DNA of 64,000 nt, from the NCBI GenBank assembly GCA_963666275.2, contig CAXXOA010000002.1, forward strand, positions 224,001 through 288,000, read 5' to 3'. Below the pieces are notes generated by a model. That model was not told the DNA's origin. It searched no databases and saw only the letters and a program-made list of their open reading frames with translations. Position numbers and translations under genes: made by a program. Positions 20,413-31,233 of the stretch are shown piece by piece. How positions within the stretch are numbered: the stretch's first letter is position 1; every line of letters starts with the position of its first letter. This DNA comes from Oceanispirochaeta sp. Its GTDB lineage: Bacteria; Spirochaetota; Spirochaetia; DSM-2461.

Positions 20413-20949
20413 TCAGCTTTCTGAAGATTTCCGCTGCTTTTTATAGATGTCGCGAATCTGAATCAGGATATCCCGGTTTTCTCTGCTTCTGAAATCCGGA
20501 TAGGTCCACTCAAGAGGCAGAAAATCCCTGTTTTTAAACTGCAGAGTCAGCTCACCGTAAATGCCCCTGTTCATGGGGATCCTATGGGCATTGTTTTTTG
20601 TGGTTGCCAGGATGAATTTACTCAGGGAGAGGATTCCCGGATCGAGATTGACCTTTCTCAGCCCGGCCTCATCAGCAAATTCTTTTTCAATTGCGTTGGT
20701 TTGAAGTTTCACCTCAGTCAGATCCTCAGGGTGAATCAGACGGGAAAAAGAGTAGAAACAGCGGTAAATGGGCGTACCCATCTCAGAGTTGTAGTAATCG
20801 GTATAATCAAAGAGAGCCGGCTCTGTCTCAAGATCCATTTCACCCCAGCGGCTGACCAGAATCTTTTTCAGCCTATCCAGTGATTCCGGAATCGAAACAA
20901 GGACCCCCATAACCAGCTTTTCCTGCTCAAAATTCTCCGCAATTCCCAT
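20413..20949 (-). CDS. DUF4416-like protein
   Basis: FDYTDYYNSEMG, RKVNLDPG, LATTKNNAHRI, WTYPDF. Confidence 0.75.
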   Translation of the reverse strand: MGIAENFEQEKLVMGVLVSIPESLDRLKKILVSRWGEMDLETEPALFDYTDYYNSEMGTPIYRCFYSFSRLIHPEDLTEVKLQTNAIEKEFADEAGLRKVNLDPGILSLSKFILATTKNNAHRIPMNRGIYGELTLQFKNRDFLPLEWTYPDFRSRENRDILIQIRDIYKKQRKSSES

Positions 20950-21022
20950 ATATCAGCCTTTTACCAACAATTCATTTTTTCTGTGCTTGTTACTTTACCT
21001 TTATTCTATAATAATAACCAGT

Positions 21023-22444
21023 ATGAGTCAGAATGAAATGTTTCAGGCACGGCTGGACGAAGCCTTAACAAAAAGAGCAATGGTTATGGCCAGGCAGGAC
21101 ATCCCCCAGCTGAAAGACGCATGTAGAACCTACCAGGCGGCTTTTGATGGAATTTTTAAAGTACTTCTGGAAAAGGGGATCCTTCAGGAGGATCAGTACA
21201 ACTATGAACAGAAAATCTCAGACCTGACTCCGCCGCCATCCGACTCATTCTCCGAGTCTGATATGTTCAATCAGATGAACAGCAGGCTCAGCGCCTATCT
21301 GGCACAGCTGGATTTTCTGAACAATTTTTTCTTTATGAGTCCCGATACTCTGGACCTGAGAGCCATAAAGAATGTGCTGGGCCTGATAGACTATATCCAC
21401 TGGGCCGATCTGTCTGTCACTGCGGGACACCTTATGACAAGAAGTACAGCCCTCTATCTGGAGAAACTGAAAAAGAGCGCCGACAGCATGGCCATGAATA
21501 TTATGATGAACTCCGTAAAAGTTCTCCAGGAGCAGAATAAGGCAATCAAGAAAATCCTGAAAGGGATCTCCACCTATGCCAAGGAAAACTACAAACTCAC
21601 TGTAAGAGTCAATATACTCTCCCATATGACCCTGGACCCCAAGAGGATCCATACGGACAGGAGCGGAACCCTTCAGGCTATAAAATTTGAATTCCCGGTC
21701 AGATGGGAGGGATCCCCTTTCTTCAAACAGCTGATAGACGAAATCCTTGAAGAAGATTACAGCAGCCAGGGAGAAAATCTTCAGGCACAGATTCTGAAAA
21801 ATCTGGAAGTTTCTGAAAAGATCGTTAAAAAGAAGAAGAAAAATCTCATGGAGGATCTCAAAAAAGATCTGATGGAGGTCATACAGGAGATGGCAAAGGC
21901 CTATATGCCTCTGGAAACGATCATAACCAGAATGGATGCCAACAGCCGTCTGCTGGATGAAAATCCTTCCTCTTTCTCAGAGAAATTTTCCCGCTGGTTC
22001 AAGCGGGTCATGCTCAGAAAGCTTGAAGTCTACTATGACATCAAAGACTCCAAGGCAGAGAAAGGCAATAAAAAGGAACACCTCAATTTCACAAGCTATA
22101 TAAACTGGCTGAGAATGAAGGCGTCCTTCTACAAATCTCTCAACAACCCCAAAAGCCAGAGCTATACAAGAGCAAAGGAATCCTCCTGTGATGATCTGGA
22201 GGAATTCCTCGCCAAGAATCAGCAGGAGCTGAAAAGAATCCATTCCAAGTTAACTGTTCTGGAAATGTATTTTAAAGAAAGTGCGGAAGGACCTGTAAAA
22301 AATCAGATTAAAGGCTTTAAAGCGGAACTGACTCAGCTGAAGGGAATAGTAGGAAAAGTCATTACAGGCCTGAAAGAGTATCAGGCCCGTAAAGAAGAGA
22401 TGGATCAGCTCAGAAACCTGGGCATTGACCCGGACTCCAACTAG
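21023..22444 (+). CDS. Helical hypothetical protein
   Basis: Long ORF; ATG 21023 downstream of TATAAT (21007-21012) preferred over the TTG start. Confidence 0.75.
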   Translation: MSQNEMFQARLDEALTKRAMVMARQDIPQLKDACRTYQAAFDGIFKVLLEKGILQEDQYNYEQKISDLTPPPSDSFSESDMFNQMNSRLSAYLAQLDFLNNFFFMSPDTLDLRAIKNVLGLIDYIHWADLSVTAGHLMTRSTALYLEKLKKSADSMAMNIMMNSVKVLQEQNKAIKKILKGISTYAKENYKLTVRVNILSHMTLDPKRIHTDRSGTLQAIKFEFPVRWEGSPFFKQLIDEILEEDYSSQGENLQAQILKNLEVSEKIVKKKKKNLMEDLKKDLMEVIQEMAKAYMPLETIITRMDANSRLLDENPSSFSEKFSRWFKRVMLRKLEVYYDIKDSKAEKGNKKEHLNFTSYINWLRMKASFYKSLNNPKSQSYTRAKESSCDDLEEFLAKNQQELKRIHSKLTVLEMYFKESAEGPVKNQIKGFKAELTQLKGIVGKVITGLKEYQARKEEMDQLRNLGIDPDSN

Positions 22445-22445
22445 T

Positions 22446-24350
22446 TCAGTCTGCCCTGTACATCCCCATAATCCGGAAATCCTCAGTCAGCTTATGTATC
22501 TCCTGAACAGCTTTTTCAAAGCGGCTCTTATCTTCAGGCATATCAAGGTCCACATAAAACATATAGGACCAGGGTTTGCCGTGAATGGGCCGGGATTCCA
22601 GTTTTGTCATATTCAGCCTGTTGCTGGCAAAAACAGAGAGACAGCGGGAGAGAGCCCCGGCTTCATCTGAAGTGGAGAACACCAGGGAGACTTTATCACA
22701 CTCTTCCGGAGAGGGAGCCATCTCCTCCCGGGCAATGATGGCAAAGCGGGTGTAGTTATGCGGATTGGTTTCCAGCCCCTGAGCCAGAATTTCCAGGCCG
22801 TAAGTCCTGGCGGCATCGACACCGGCAATGGCTGCGATCTCCGGATCATTACTATCAGCCACGTAGCTGGCTGCACCGGCGGTGTCATAATAGCTGACAG
22901 GTTCATAACCGTTTTTATTCAGATATTCCGCACACTGAGAGAGTGCCTGAGGATGAGAATACACTTTTTTTACGCTGTCCAGAGTGGAACCTTTCTTTCC
23001 CAGCAGATTATGCCTGACACGGATTTTTACCTCTCCGATGATCCTGAGATCCGGATAGAGATAGAGAAGATCGTAGTTTTCCAGGATGGAACCGGCGACA
23101 GAGTTTTCCAGAGGAACAACTCCCCAGTCCGCTTTTCCTGTCAGTACATTCTTAAAGATATCCTGAAACTTGGGAACCGGAACCGCTTCGACTTCCGATC
23201 CCTGAAAGTAGGTTCTTGCAGCCAGCTCACTGTAGGCTCCGGGAAGCCCCTGGAAAGCGGCAAAGGAGCGGCCCTCTTTCCGGGAAGTCTTACTGTCCGT
23301 CCGCGAGGCGATCGTCAGATGCCGGGGATCGGGAATATGGGTCATCTCCTTGCCCACCACCGGAGACAGAGCTTCGATATCGCACATCAGTTTCTCAAAC
23401 TGCTCCGGGTAGAGAGACTGAGGACCGTCGGAAGAAGCTTTTTCAGGATTGGGGTGTACTTCAATGATAAGACCGTTTGCCCCGGCAGCCACTCCGGCCA
23501 GAGCCATGGGAAGAACCTTGTCTCTCAGACCGGTTCCATGGGAGGGATCCACAATAACAGGAAGATGACTGAGCTTCTGGACAACCGGGATAGCCGAAAG
23601 ATCCAGAGTATTCCTTGTCATATTTTCAAAAGTCCTGATTCCTCTTTCACAGAGAATGACTTTATCTGTTCCCGATGAAAGCAGGTATTCCGCAGCCATC
23701 AGCCATTCCTGGATAGTGGCGGATAATCCCCTTTTCAGAATAACAGGCATATCAAGGGAACCGACCTTTTTCAGAAGCTCGAAATTCTGCATATTCCGTG
23801 CGCCTATCTGGAAGACATCAATATAGTCTTTCATCATATCCGCATCAGATGGGGAGACAATCTCCGTGACAATAGGAAGACCGGTTTTCTCTCCCGCTTC
23901 CTTCATATACCGGAGACCTTCTTCTCCCAGGCCCTGAAAGGCATAGGGTGAGGTTCGCGGCTTGAACGCCCCGCCGCGAAGCATGACCGCACCGGCTTTC
24001 TGCACGGCGATGGCCGATTCCATAATCTGTTCTCTTGATTCAATCGCACAGGGGCCGGCAATAACGCAGAGCCGGGGCCCTCCGATTTTTACAGGACCCA
24101 CATTAAATACGGTGTCATCTTTTTTTAGTTCCCGGGAAGCCAGTTTATATGGCTGGGAAATCGGGATAACCTGAGCAACCCCCGGAAGAAGCTCCACCTG
24201 CCGCATGTCCAGCGGGATGCTGCCGACAGCACCCAGGACAGTCTCTTTTTCACCCACAATCTCCCGGATCGTCATCCCTTTGGATTGGAGATACTCTACA
24301 ATGTGCTCCTTCTCGGAGTCTTTGACCGTATTATGAAGTACAATTATCAT
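22446..24350 (-). CDS. aroF-pheA: Fused DAHP synthase (type I-beta) / prephenate dehydratase
   Basis: [35 protein letters not shown], then [34 protein letters not shown]-like ACT domain. Confidence 0.93.
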   Translation of the reverse strand: MIIVLHNTVKDSEKEHIVEYLQSKGMTIREIVGEKETVLGAVGSIPLDMRQVELLPGVAQVIPISQPYKLASRELKKDDTVFNVGPVKIGGPRLCVIAGPCAIESREQIMESAIAVQKAGAVMLRGGAFKPRTSPYAFQGLGEEGLRYMKEAGEKTGLPIVTEIVSPSDADMMKDYIDVFQIGARNMQNFELLKKVGSLDMPVILKRGLSATIQEWLMAAEYLLSSGTDKVILCERGIRTFENMTRNTLDLSAIPVVQKLSHLPVIVDPSHGTGLRDKVLPMALAGVAAGANGLIIEVHPNPEKASSDGPQSLYPEQFEKLMCDIEALSPVVGKEMTHIPDPRHLTIASRTDSKTSRKEGRSFAAFQGLPGAYSELAARTYFQGSEVEAVPVPKFQDIFKNVLTGKADWGVVPLENSVAGSILENYDLLYLYPDLRIIGEVKIRVRHNLLGKKGSTLDSVKKVYSHPQALSQCAEYLNKNGYEPVSYYDTAGAASYVADSNDPEIAAIAGVDAARTYGLEILAQGLETNPHNYTRFAIIAREEMAPSPEECDKVSLVFSTSDEAGALSRCLSVFASNRLNMTKLESRPIHGKPWSYMFYVDLDMPEDKSRFEKAVQEIHKLTEDFRIMGMYRAD

Positions 24351-24359
24351 GGAGAAATC

Positions 24360-25049
24360 TTAATTGATTTCTCCTGATTGTTCCATAAGCAGGGTTACAT
24401 TCTTCCTGCTTTTCATTGCGGGGAATTTTACATCTGCCGGTACAATCTCTTCGGGGATCTCTCCCGAGGCGAACCGCTCCCTATAGGTGAGCACTTTATC
24501 GATATACTGAAGAGTCATCATAGGGGTCCGGCTGGATTTCACCCTGTTGGGACCGGCATTGTACATGGCTAAAGCGGTAACCTCATTGACCCCCGTATCC
24601 AGGCAGTATCTCAGGTAGGAGACGCCCAGAGGAACATTCAATTCCGGATCAAAAAAATCCTCTTCCGATAAATCGGGAAACGAGCGGGAGTTCAGCTGAA
24701 AGACACCCCTGTCAGTAGAACTTCTGTTTTCATTCACTGCGTTCGGATCAAAACGGCTTTCCGTGAAGGCCAGTGCAAAAGCCAGGGCGGGATCAATCCC
24801 GTTTCGTTCAGATTCCTGTATAATCAGTGCGGCGAGATCTCTGTCGCCTGTAATAACTGTGTAGTAATTCAGAAGATTCCCTTCCGAACCGGAAGGACCT
24901 CTGTATACAATCTCCTGCAGAAGAGATTCATAGGTATCCCGTTCTTCCAGTTCCATAGCTGCCCCCGGTATAGAAGGCTGAGCCAGGCATCCTGAAAAAA
25001 GGATACCGATACAGCTTAAAGCTGTAATGCGTAAAGTTTTCATTTCCAT
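24360..25049 (-). CDS. Lytic transglycosylase (SLT domain) lipoprotein
   Basis: ESRFDPNAVN, GVFQL, AMYNAG; ILFSGC lipobox. Confidence 0.88.
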   Translation of the reverse strand: MEMKTLRITALSCIGILFSGCLAQPSIPGAAMELEERDTYESLLQEIVYRGPSGSEGNLLNYYTVITGDRDLAALIIQESERNGIDPALAFALAFTESRFDPNAVNENRSSTDRGVFQLNSRSFPDLSEEDFFDPELNVPLGVSYLRYCLDTGVNEVTALAMYNAGPNRVKSSRTPMMTLQYIDKVLTYRERFASGEIPEEIVPADVKFPAMKSRKNVTLLMEQSGEIN

Positions 25050-25186
25050 CCCAACAAATATTTTTATATCCCGCAGATTCTTTCTGAAATAGCTGCTGTT
25101 GCTCAAGAGAGAAAAATGCCGATTCGGGAATTTTTTTGTTAAAAACGCTGTATATCCTTTCTATAGAGTGCTATTAATGGAGAGGG

Positions 25187-26140
25187 ATGTCTGAATTAAA
25201 CCGCGGGATATTGAATCCGACACAGGAAATGTCCTCTTTCGGCTTTGGAGGATGGGCTCTGGGGGGAGACTATTGGGGTCCTCAGGAACACAGGGACTCG
25301 GTCAGGGCCATCCATAAAGCGCTGGCTCTGGGTATAAACCATTTTGATACTGCCCCGGTCTACGGAAAAGGCAGGTCCGAGCAGCTCATAGGGCAGCAGC
25401 TCAAAAAAATCCGCAGCCGCTGTCTGATAGCCACCAAAGCCTTTTACACCACTCCGGAAGAAATGATCAAAAGCTTTCACACTAGCCTGAAAAGGCTCCT
25501 TACCGATTATATTGATATTTTCTATATTCACTGGCCCAGGAGCGGCACGGATATGCGCCCCGGCATGGAGGAACTGGAAAATCTCCGCCGTCAGGGCAGA
25601 ATCCGTTCTATCGGTGTGAGCAACTTCTCTCTGGAGCAGATCAGGGAGGTAGAGCAGGCGGGAAAGATAGATTATTTCCAGGGAGGCTACAGCATTCTCT
25701 GGCCTTTCATGAAAGAGACCATTCTGCCATACTGCCGATCCCGGGGGATACGCTTTGTTCCCTACGGCGTCCTGGCCCAGGGAATACTGACCGATCAGGG
25801 AGTGGAAAAGCTCCTTATCAGCCATCCCGGTTTCCGGCATAAAATGCTTCTCTATTCAGAGGGGATCAGAGAAAGGATTGCACCGGAACTGGAAAAACTG
25901 ACAGGAAAGTGCAGAGAAGAGGGCTGGTCAGTGGAAAATGCCGTTTCTTGCTATACATTGAAAGAAACAGAAGCAGCCAGTATCCTCCTGGGATGCAGAA
26001 ACAGAGATCAGGCAGAAAGGAACTTTTCCCTTCCTCCGAAGGAACTTCCCAATTCCATAGTGGAAGAGATCGAGACTCTTAAAATTAGGATTGTCCCCTT
26101 TCTGCCGAAAGCTGACAATATGTTCGGGCATGAAAGTTGA
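25187..26140 (+). CDS. Aldo/keto reductase
   Basis: GFGGWALGG, FDTAPVYG.G.SE, YIHWP, IGVSNF. Confidence 0.92.
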   Translation: MSELNRGILNPTQEMSSFGFGGWALGGDYWGPQEHRDSVRAIHKALALGINHFDTAPVYGKGRSEQLIGQQLKKIRSRCLIATKAFYTTPEEMIKSFHTSLKRLLTDYIDIFYIHWPRSGTDMRPGMEELENLRRQGRIRSIGVSNFSLEQIREVEQAGKIDYFQGGYSILWPFMKETILPYCRSRGIRFVPYGVLAQGILTDQGVEKLLISHPGFRHKMLLYSEGIRERIAPELEKLTGKCREEGWSVENAVSCYTLKETEAASILLGCRNRDQAERNFSLPPKELPNSIVEEIETLKIRIVPFLPKADNMFGHES

Positions 26141-26215
26141 TGTTCCGGTGGGAACATGAAATAATAGAATAATCCTTTAGTAGAGGAATTGAATTGTTTA
26201 CAGCAGGGGTAAAGG

Positions 26216-26572
26216 ATGATTAAAACGGTACTGTACGCGGAAGACGAATTTACAAACAGAAAAATTGTTGAAATGGTGTGCCGTAAACTGAATATAAACT
26301 GTGTCCTTGCGGAAGACGGACTTCAGGCGCTGGAGATGTTCCGGAAAGAAAAGCCGGACCTGGTTATTCTGGATCAGTATATGCCCGGTTACAACGGCGA
26401 TATTGTAGCGGAAAGAATACGGAAAATGGACGGGACAATCCCTCTGATTGCCATAACAAGTGATGATGAAGCTGTAACCAGACTCGAAACTTCGGGTTTT
26501 AATCGTGTACTGGTTAAGCCGGTGAAGAACAGGGACTACGAATCCCTTCTCAATACTTACCTGGAGACATAA
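26216..26572 (+). CDS. Single-domain response regulator
   Basis: AEDE, LVILDQYMPGYNG, KP. Confidence 0.9.
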   Translation: MIKTVLYAEDEFTNRKIVEMVCRKLNINCVLAEDGLQALEMFRKEKPDLVILDQYMPGYNGDIVAERIRKMDGTIPLIAITSDDEAVTRLETSGFNRVLVKPVKNRDYESLLNTYLET

Positions 26573-28120
26573 ATGCACAAACTGACAAGAGCAGCCCTTC
26601 TGCTCATTTTTTTTTCTCTCTCAGCCCTGACAATTTCCGCTGAGGAGAACTCGGTCTTTACAGTCAATTTCTCCCCCTCCCGGATATCTCTCAACCCTCA
26701 TTACGGATTCACAACATCGGAAGCACAGATATACACCGCACTCTATGAAGGACTGGTGACCTACCATCCTGCCACGCTGGCTCCCCAGCCGGGGCTTGCC
26801 GAGAGCTGGGAGATCAGTGAAGACGGAAAAACCTATACTTTTCATCTCCGGGAAGACCTGAAATGGAGCAACGGGGATCCCCTCACGGCAGACCAGATAA
26901 AGCAGTCCTGGCTGAGGCTGCTCTCACCGGAAGTATCCGCCGACTATGCCTCTTTGCTGGATAATATCACCGGCGCCTCCGAATACCGCAAAGGAGAGGC
27001 ACCGGCCGACGGAGTCTCTCTCGAGACCCCTGACAGGGAAACATTCATTGTTCATCTGGACAAAAGCGTCCCCTACTTTCTCAAAATACTCTGTCACTAC
27101 AGCTTCACACCGGTTCACCCCTCGCTTTTAACAAAGCAGAACTGGTGGAATGAAAAAGAGATTCCCGTATCCGGCCCCTATGCCTTTACAGGTGAAACCG
27201 GACATAAAAGCATTATTCTGAAAAAAAATGATCTTTACTGGGACAGAGATTCCGTTCAGATTGATGAACTTCGTCTTCAGTTCAGCGATGATCCGGAAGA
27301 GCTTTTAGAGCAGTTCAGAATGTACGAAGTGGACTGGATTGTCTCCGGATGGAACGGCGCGGATGTGGATCCCCAGAAAATGGAAATCAATCCACTTTTT
27401 GCCACGTCCTACTTCTACTTTAACAACAAACAGGCTCCCTGGGATGATCCCCGGGTCAGAAAGGGACTGGCACTTCTCCTGCCCTGGGAAAAGGTCCGGG
27501 CCCAGGAATTCCTCTCCACATCCCGTCTGATCCCCTCCATACCGGGCTACCCCGAACTGGAAGGGATTCAGGAGTCTTCCATCGATGAAGGTCTCAAACT
27601 GCTGAAGGATGCGGGCTATCCCAATGGAAAAGGGCTGCCGGATATACGGATCAGGATCCCTTACGCCGATGGAGAATCCCTCAAACTGATGAAAAAAACC
27701 TGGGAGGACCTGCTGGAAACCAGCGTGATTCTGGAAGAGGTTCCTTTTCCGGGCTATTTTGAATCCCTCAAAGGAGATGACTACACTCTGGGACAGATTA
27801 CCTGGATAGGCGATTATGCCGACCCCATGACATTCCTTCAGATGTGGGAGGAACACAGCAGCCTGAACGATGCCGGCTTCTACAGCGAAGAGTATAACCG
27901 CCTTCTGAATGAGGCAGACAGTGAAAACCGTCTGGAGAATATGGCGGAAGCGGAACGGATTCTTCTTGAAACCGGACAGGTTCTGCCCATGGGCCACTCA
28001 CCGGCGATCAATCTGCTGGATCTGAGATTTATTGATGGATGGTATCACAATGTTCTGGATATCCATCCCTTCAAATACATCGGTTTTCTCAATGAGTTTG
28101 TGATTCCCGGGACAATCTGA
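26573..28120 (+). CDS. oppA: Peptide ABC transporter substrate-binding protein (OppA family)
   Basis: Signal peptide, LYEGL, PGLAESWEISEDGKTYTFHLR, WIGDYADP. Confidence 0.88.
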   Translation: MHKLTRAALLLIFFSLSALTISAEENSVFTVNFSPSRISLNPHYGFTTSEAQIYTALYEGLVTYHPATLAPQPGLAESWEISEDGKTYTFHLREDLKWSNGDPLTADQIKQSWLRLLSPEVSADYASLLDNITGASEYRKGEAPADGVSLETPDRETFIVHLDKSVPYFLKILCHYSFTPVHPSLLTKQNWWNEKEIPVSGPYAFTGETGHKSIILKKNDLYWDRDSVQIDELRLQFSDDPEELLEQFRMYEVDWIVSGWNGADVDPQKMEINPLFATSYFYFNNKQAPWDDPRVRKGLALLLPWEKVRAQEFLSTSRLIPSIPGYPELEGIQESSIDEGLKLLKDAGYPNGKGLPDIRIRIPYADGESLKLMKKTWEDLLETSVILEEVPFPGYFESLKGDDYTLGQITWIGDYADPMTFLQMWEEHSSLNDAGFYSEEYNRLLNEADSENRLENMAEAERILLETGQVLPMGHSPAINLLDLRFIDGWYHNVLDIHPFKYIGFLNEFVIPGTI

Positions 28121-28260
28121 CAGGAAGCGGATGCAGATCAGCATCCGTACATTGAAAACGCTGTCTCCTGACCAGTCTATGCAACAGCTCAGGCAGCGAT
28201 TTTTGGTCCGCAGGCAGCGCAGATTGAAGACGACGTATCCTGACCAAAGATCGCCGCCGG
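28121..28260. other. Tandem structured intergenic element (two ~70-nt related units)
   Basis: 24-nt direct repeat (20/24 identical) at 28151 and 28223; 17-bp stem 28192-28208/28242-28258. Confidence 0.55.
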
Positions 28261-28671
28261 TCAGTGGAATTCGAAAACCTGCACCTTCGTCAACGCCACA
28301 TTGACCACCCCCGGAGCATCTTTGAATTTTTCATATCTATGGAGATGGTAATTGACCAACGCCACAATCTCTTCTTTCAGAAGATCCTCATTGGCAGTGG
28401 AGAAATCGGCTGCTTTTTTTGAACTGAAAAGATTCCTCAGGGCATCTACAAGTACCTGATCGAGCTCGGCCAGACTGTATTGGGTCTTTTTATCACCCCA
28501 GTCGTAGGCAAGCTCCACTTTCAGGATAAAGAAGAGAGGTTTCTCATCACTGGTAGTACCGGATATCTCCGGAAGATTTTTATAATAGGAAACTTCTGCC
28601 AGCTCCTTGGAACAGGAGAAAAGGGAGAAGAGAACAAGCAGAACAGGGAATACTATTTTATATCGCAACAT
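28261..28671 (-). CDS. FliL-like protein with lipoprotein-type signal
   Basis: LKVELAY, DALRNLFSSKKA, LKEEI..VN pattern; LFSC lipobox. Confidence 0.6.
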   Translation of the reverse strand: MLRYKIVFPVLLVLFSLFSCSKELAEVSYYKNLPEISGTTSDEKPLFFILKVELAYDWGDKKTQYSLAELDQVLVDALRNLFSSKKAADFSTANEDLLKEEIVALVNYHLHRYEKFKDAPGVVNVALTKVQVFEFH

Positions 28672-28745
28672 ACCATAAATGTCGGCATAAAAAGCCGGCG
28701 ATTCAAGCTCTTGTCAAAAAGGGTAAATACGATTTAATCTAACAC

Positions 28746-29258
28746 ATGGAAAAAACCTATATTTCTTACAATCAGATACACAATACAATAATCGATCTGT
28801 CCAGACAGATCAAAGACTCGGGCTTTGACCCGGACCTGATGGTAGCCATCGGAACAGGAGGGTTCATCCCTGCCAGAATGGCAAAGACCTTTCTGAATAT
28901 TCCGATCCTGACAGTGGGCATAGCCTATTATGACCTGGATGATAATCCTACAGACAAACCCGCCATAACCCAGTGGCTGGATCAGCCGGAAAAACAGATC
29001 AAAGGGAAAAAAGTTCTACTCGTTGATGAAGTGGATGATACCCGTGCAACCATCGGATTCTGTCTGGATGAGCTTAAAAAGCATGAACCTGCAGAGATCG
29101 CACTTCTTGTTATCCATAACAAGGAAAAAGAGAAAAAACATGAAATTCCCTCCTGGATAAACCATTACTTTATCGGAGAGAATTTTCAGGATCAGTGGAT
29201 CTGCTATCCCTGGGATGCGGAAGACACTGAATTTCAGGAAAAAATGTCTAATTCATAA
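28746..29258 (+). CDS. Purine phosphoribosyltransferase family protein
   Basis: AIGTGGFIPAR, VLLVDEVDDTRAT, WICYPW. Confidence 0.88.
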   Translation: MEKTYISYNQIHNTIIDLSRQIKDSGFDPDLMVAIGTGGFIPARMAKTFLNIPILTVGIAYYDLDDNPTDKPAITQWLDQPEKQIKGKKVLLVDEVDDTRATIGFCLDELKKHEPAEIALLVIHNKEKEKKHEIPSWINHYFIGENFQDQWICYPWDAEDTEFQEKMSNS

Positions 29259-29329
29259 ACAATTTTTCAGGTATCTCCTGTTCTGAGTCCGGGACAGGAG
29301 TATACTTCGAAAAATATATTTCCCTGCGT

Positions 29330-29635
29330 TCAGATGTCGATTTTGCCATAGGACACAGAACGCTTTGTTCCGTTTGTAACCACCTGCACTTTATCAACAG
29401 TAATGGCCACGACTTCTCCGGTCAGGACTTCCTTTTTAAACTTATATTTGATCTTGTCATGGATCTTGATTTTATCCCGGATTTTCCTGGCATTTTCTTC
29501 AGACTCTTCCTTCGCCATAGCCCGTTCATCCGCTTTAATGGCATAATCCAGTTCTGTTTTCAGTACCAGCTTATCTTCGTAGGAAAGCGGTTCATAAATA
29601 TTCTTATAATAGTCTGTTTTTTTTGCTCTTGCCAT
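29330..29635 (-). CDS. Hypothetical basic protein with SH3/KOW-like C terminus
   Basis: ATG 29635 with AGGAG SD; LTGEVVAITVDKVQV. Confidence 0.7.
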   Translation of the reverse strand: MARAKKTDYYKNIYEPLSYEDKLVLKTELDYAIKADERAMAKEESEENARKIRDKIKIHDKIKYKFKKEVLTGEVVAITVDKVQVVTNGTKRSVSYGKIDI

Positions 29636-29784
29636 TTTAATAACTCCTGTTACCTGCAATGAAAAAAATCTAATTTTTTTAAATATAAGGGAGTTTTAAA
29701 AAATAGAAAAGAAAAAAAACTTTTTGCATAAAAACCGGAGAGTTCCGGAACGAAAAAAATGGCCTTCAATCTTCAAATGAAGAC

Positions 29785-29814
29785 AAAAAAAACTCCGGAT
29801 TGCTCCGGAGTTTT
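29785..29814 (-). terminator. Terminator downstream of uraA
   Basis: AAAAAAAACTCCGGA-TTGC-TCCGGAGTTTT. Confidence 0.75.
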
Positions 29815-29844
29815 CTGCAGAAAATTCTGTTTCAGATTGTATTT

Positions 29845-31179
29845 TCAGTTTCCGTTCTTATGGATTTCATCCAGAATCATCTCTTCTGCGGACTCTTCGG
29901 GAATATCATCCAGGGACCGGGGTAGGACAAGGTTCAGAATGATACCGACAAGAGCTGCCAGAGCAACACCGCCGAGTTCGAAGTCCAGTCCGCTTCCCAT
30001 GGGAAATTTGACAAGTCCTCCGCCAATACCCAGAACAAGGATAACTGAAGACACTGTGAGATGCCGTTTTTCACCGTAGTTTACACCGCTCTCCACAACA
30101 GTCCGGATACCGGCACTGGCAATGATACCGAAGAGCATCATGCTCACCCCGCCCATAACAGGAGTGGGAATGGTCTGAATCAGGGCCCCGAATTTCTGAA
30201 TAAAAGAGAGAATGACCGCAATCACAGCCGCTCCCCCCACAACCCAGACGCTGTAGATCTTTGTAATAGCCATGACACCGATATTCTCACCATAAGTGGT
30301 ATTGGGAGGTCCACCGAAAAGAGCCGCCAGAGATGTGGCGATACCATCTCCCGCCAGGGTTCTGTGGAGACCCGGATCCTTATAGAAATCCCTTCCGGCA
30401 ACCTTGCTCAGTACCAGAGTATCTCCCAGGTGTTCTGCAATGGTGGCAAACGAGACAATCAGAAATGTGACAATAGGAACCCAGTGGAATTTTGGCATAA
30501 CCGGTTTGGTAAAACCAAGCCAGGAAGCTTCTTTCACTACGGTAAAATCAATCAGGTGATAGGCGGGAAAAATGGATCCCATGATCAGGGTAAAAAAGTA
30601 CCCGCCCAATATGCCGATCAGAATGGGAATCACATTGAAAAAACCCTTAAGAACTATAGAGGAAACAACAGCGACAGCCAGGGTGAACAGAGCAATACTG
30701 AAGTATGCCAGGCTGTAGGTTCCTGTTCCTCCGGTCATGGCCATATCCATGGCTGTGGGTGCCAGTTTAAGACCGATAACAATGATGATGGAACCGATCA
30801 CGACGGGGGGAAGAATCCTGTCCATCCATTTGATTCCGAAGCGGCTGATAATCAGAGCGATTATACAGTAGAAAACACCCACCATAAAGGCACCGCCCAT
30901 TGCATAGGCCACACCGAAATCCGGCGAAGAGCTGATGGCAATCAGTGGGGCGATAAAGGCAAAGGACGAACCGAGATAGGCCGGTACTTTTCCCTTTGTA
31001 ATGGCAATATACAAAAGGGTTCCGGTTCCGGAAGTGAAAAGAGCCACCGTGGGGCTCAGGCCAATCAGAATCGGCACAAGAATAGTAGCACTGAACATGG
31101 CAAAAACATGCTGAATACTCAGGGGTATCCACTGTTTGAGTTCAGGTTTGACATGAACATCAATAAATTTATCAGACAT
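29845..31179 (-). CDS. uraA: Uracil permease (NAT/NCS2 family)
   Basis: QHVFAMF, YLGSSFAF, EHLGD, PPNTTYGENIG, LFG-type TM motif. Confidence 0.95.
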   Translation of the reverse strand: MSDKFIDVHVKPELKQWIPLSIQHVFAMFSATILVPILIGLSPTVALFTSGTGTLLYIAITKGKVPAYLGSSFAFIAPLIAISSSPDFGVAYAMGGAFMVGVFYCIIALIISRFGIKWMDRILPPVVIGSIIIVIGLKLAPTAMDMAMTGGTGTYSLAYFSIALFTLAVAVVSSIVLKGFFNVIPILIGILGGYFFTLIMGSIFPAYHLIDFTVVKEASWLGFTKPVMPKFHWVPIVTFLIVSFATIAEHLGDTLVLSKVAGRDFYKDPGLHRTLAGDGIATSLAALFGGPPNTTYGENIGVMAITKIYSVWVVGGAAVIAVILSFIQKFGALIQTIPTPVMGGVSMMLFGIIASAGIRTVVESGVNYGEKRHLTVSSVILVLGIGGGLVKFPMGSGLDFELGGVALAALVGIILNLVLPRSLDDIPEESAEEMILDEIHKNGN

Positions 31180-31202
31180 ACAACCTCCAATTTTATTTGG
31201 GC

Positions 31203-31233
31203 AAAAAAAAGCCCTGAATCAGAAATTCAGGGC
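31203..31233 (-). terminator. Attenuator-type intrinsic terminator in the uraA 5' leader
   Basis: Minus strand GCCCTGAAT-TTCTG-ATTCAGGGC-T8, ending 23 nt before the uraA ATG; the upstream gene is divergent. Confidence 0.85.

Noticed and set aside
28151..28246. Mini-CRISPR (ATTGAA-containing repeats)
   Set aside because: Only two imperfect copies, with ATTGAA at the wrong end of the conserved block, and no cas genes; kept only as a structured element.
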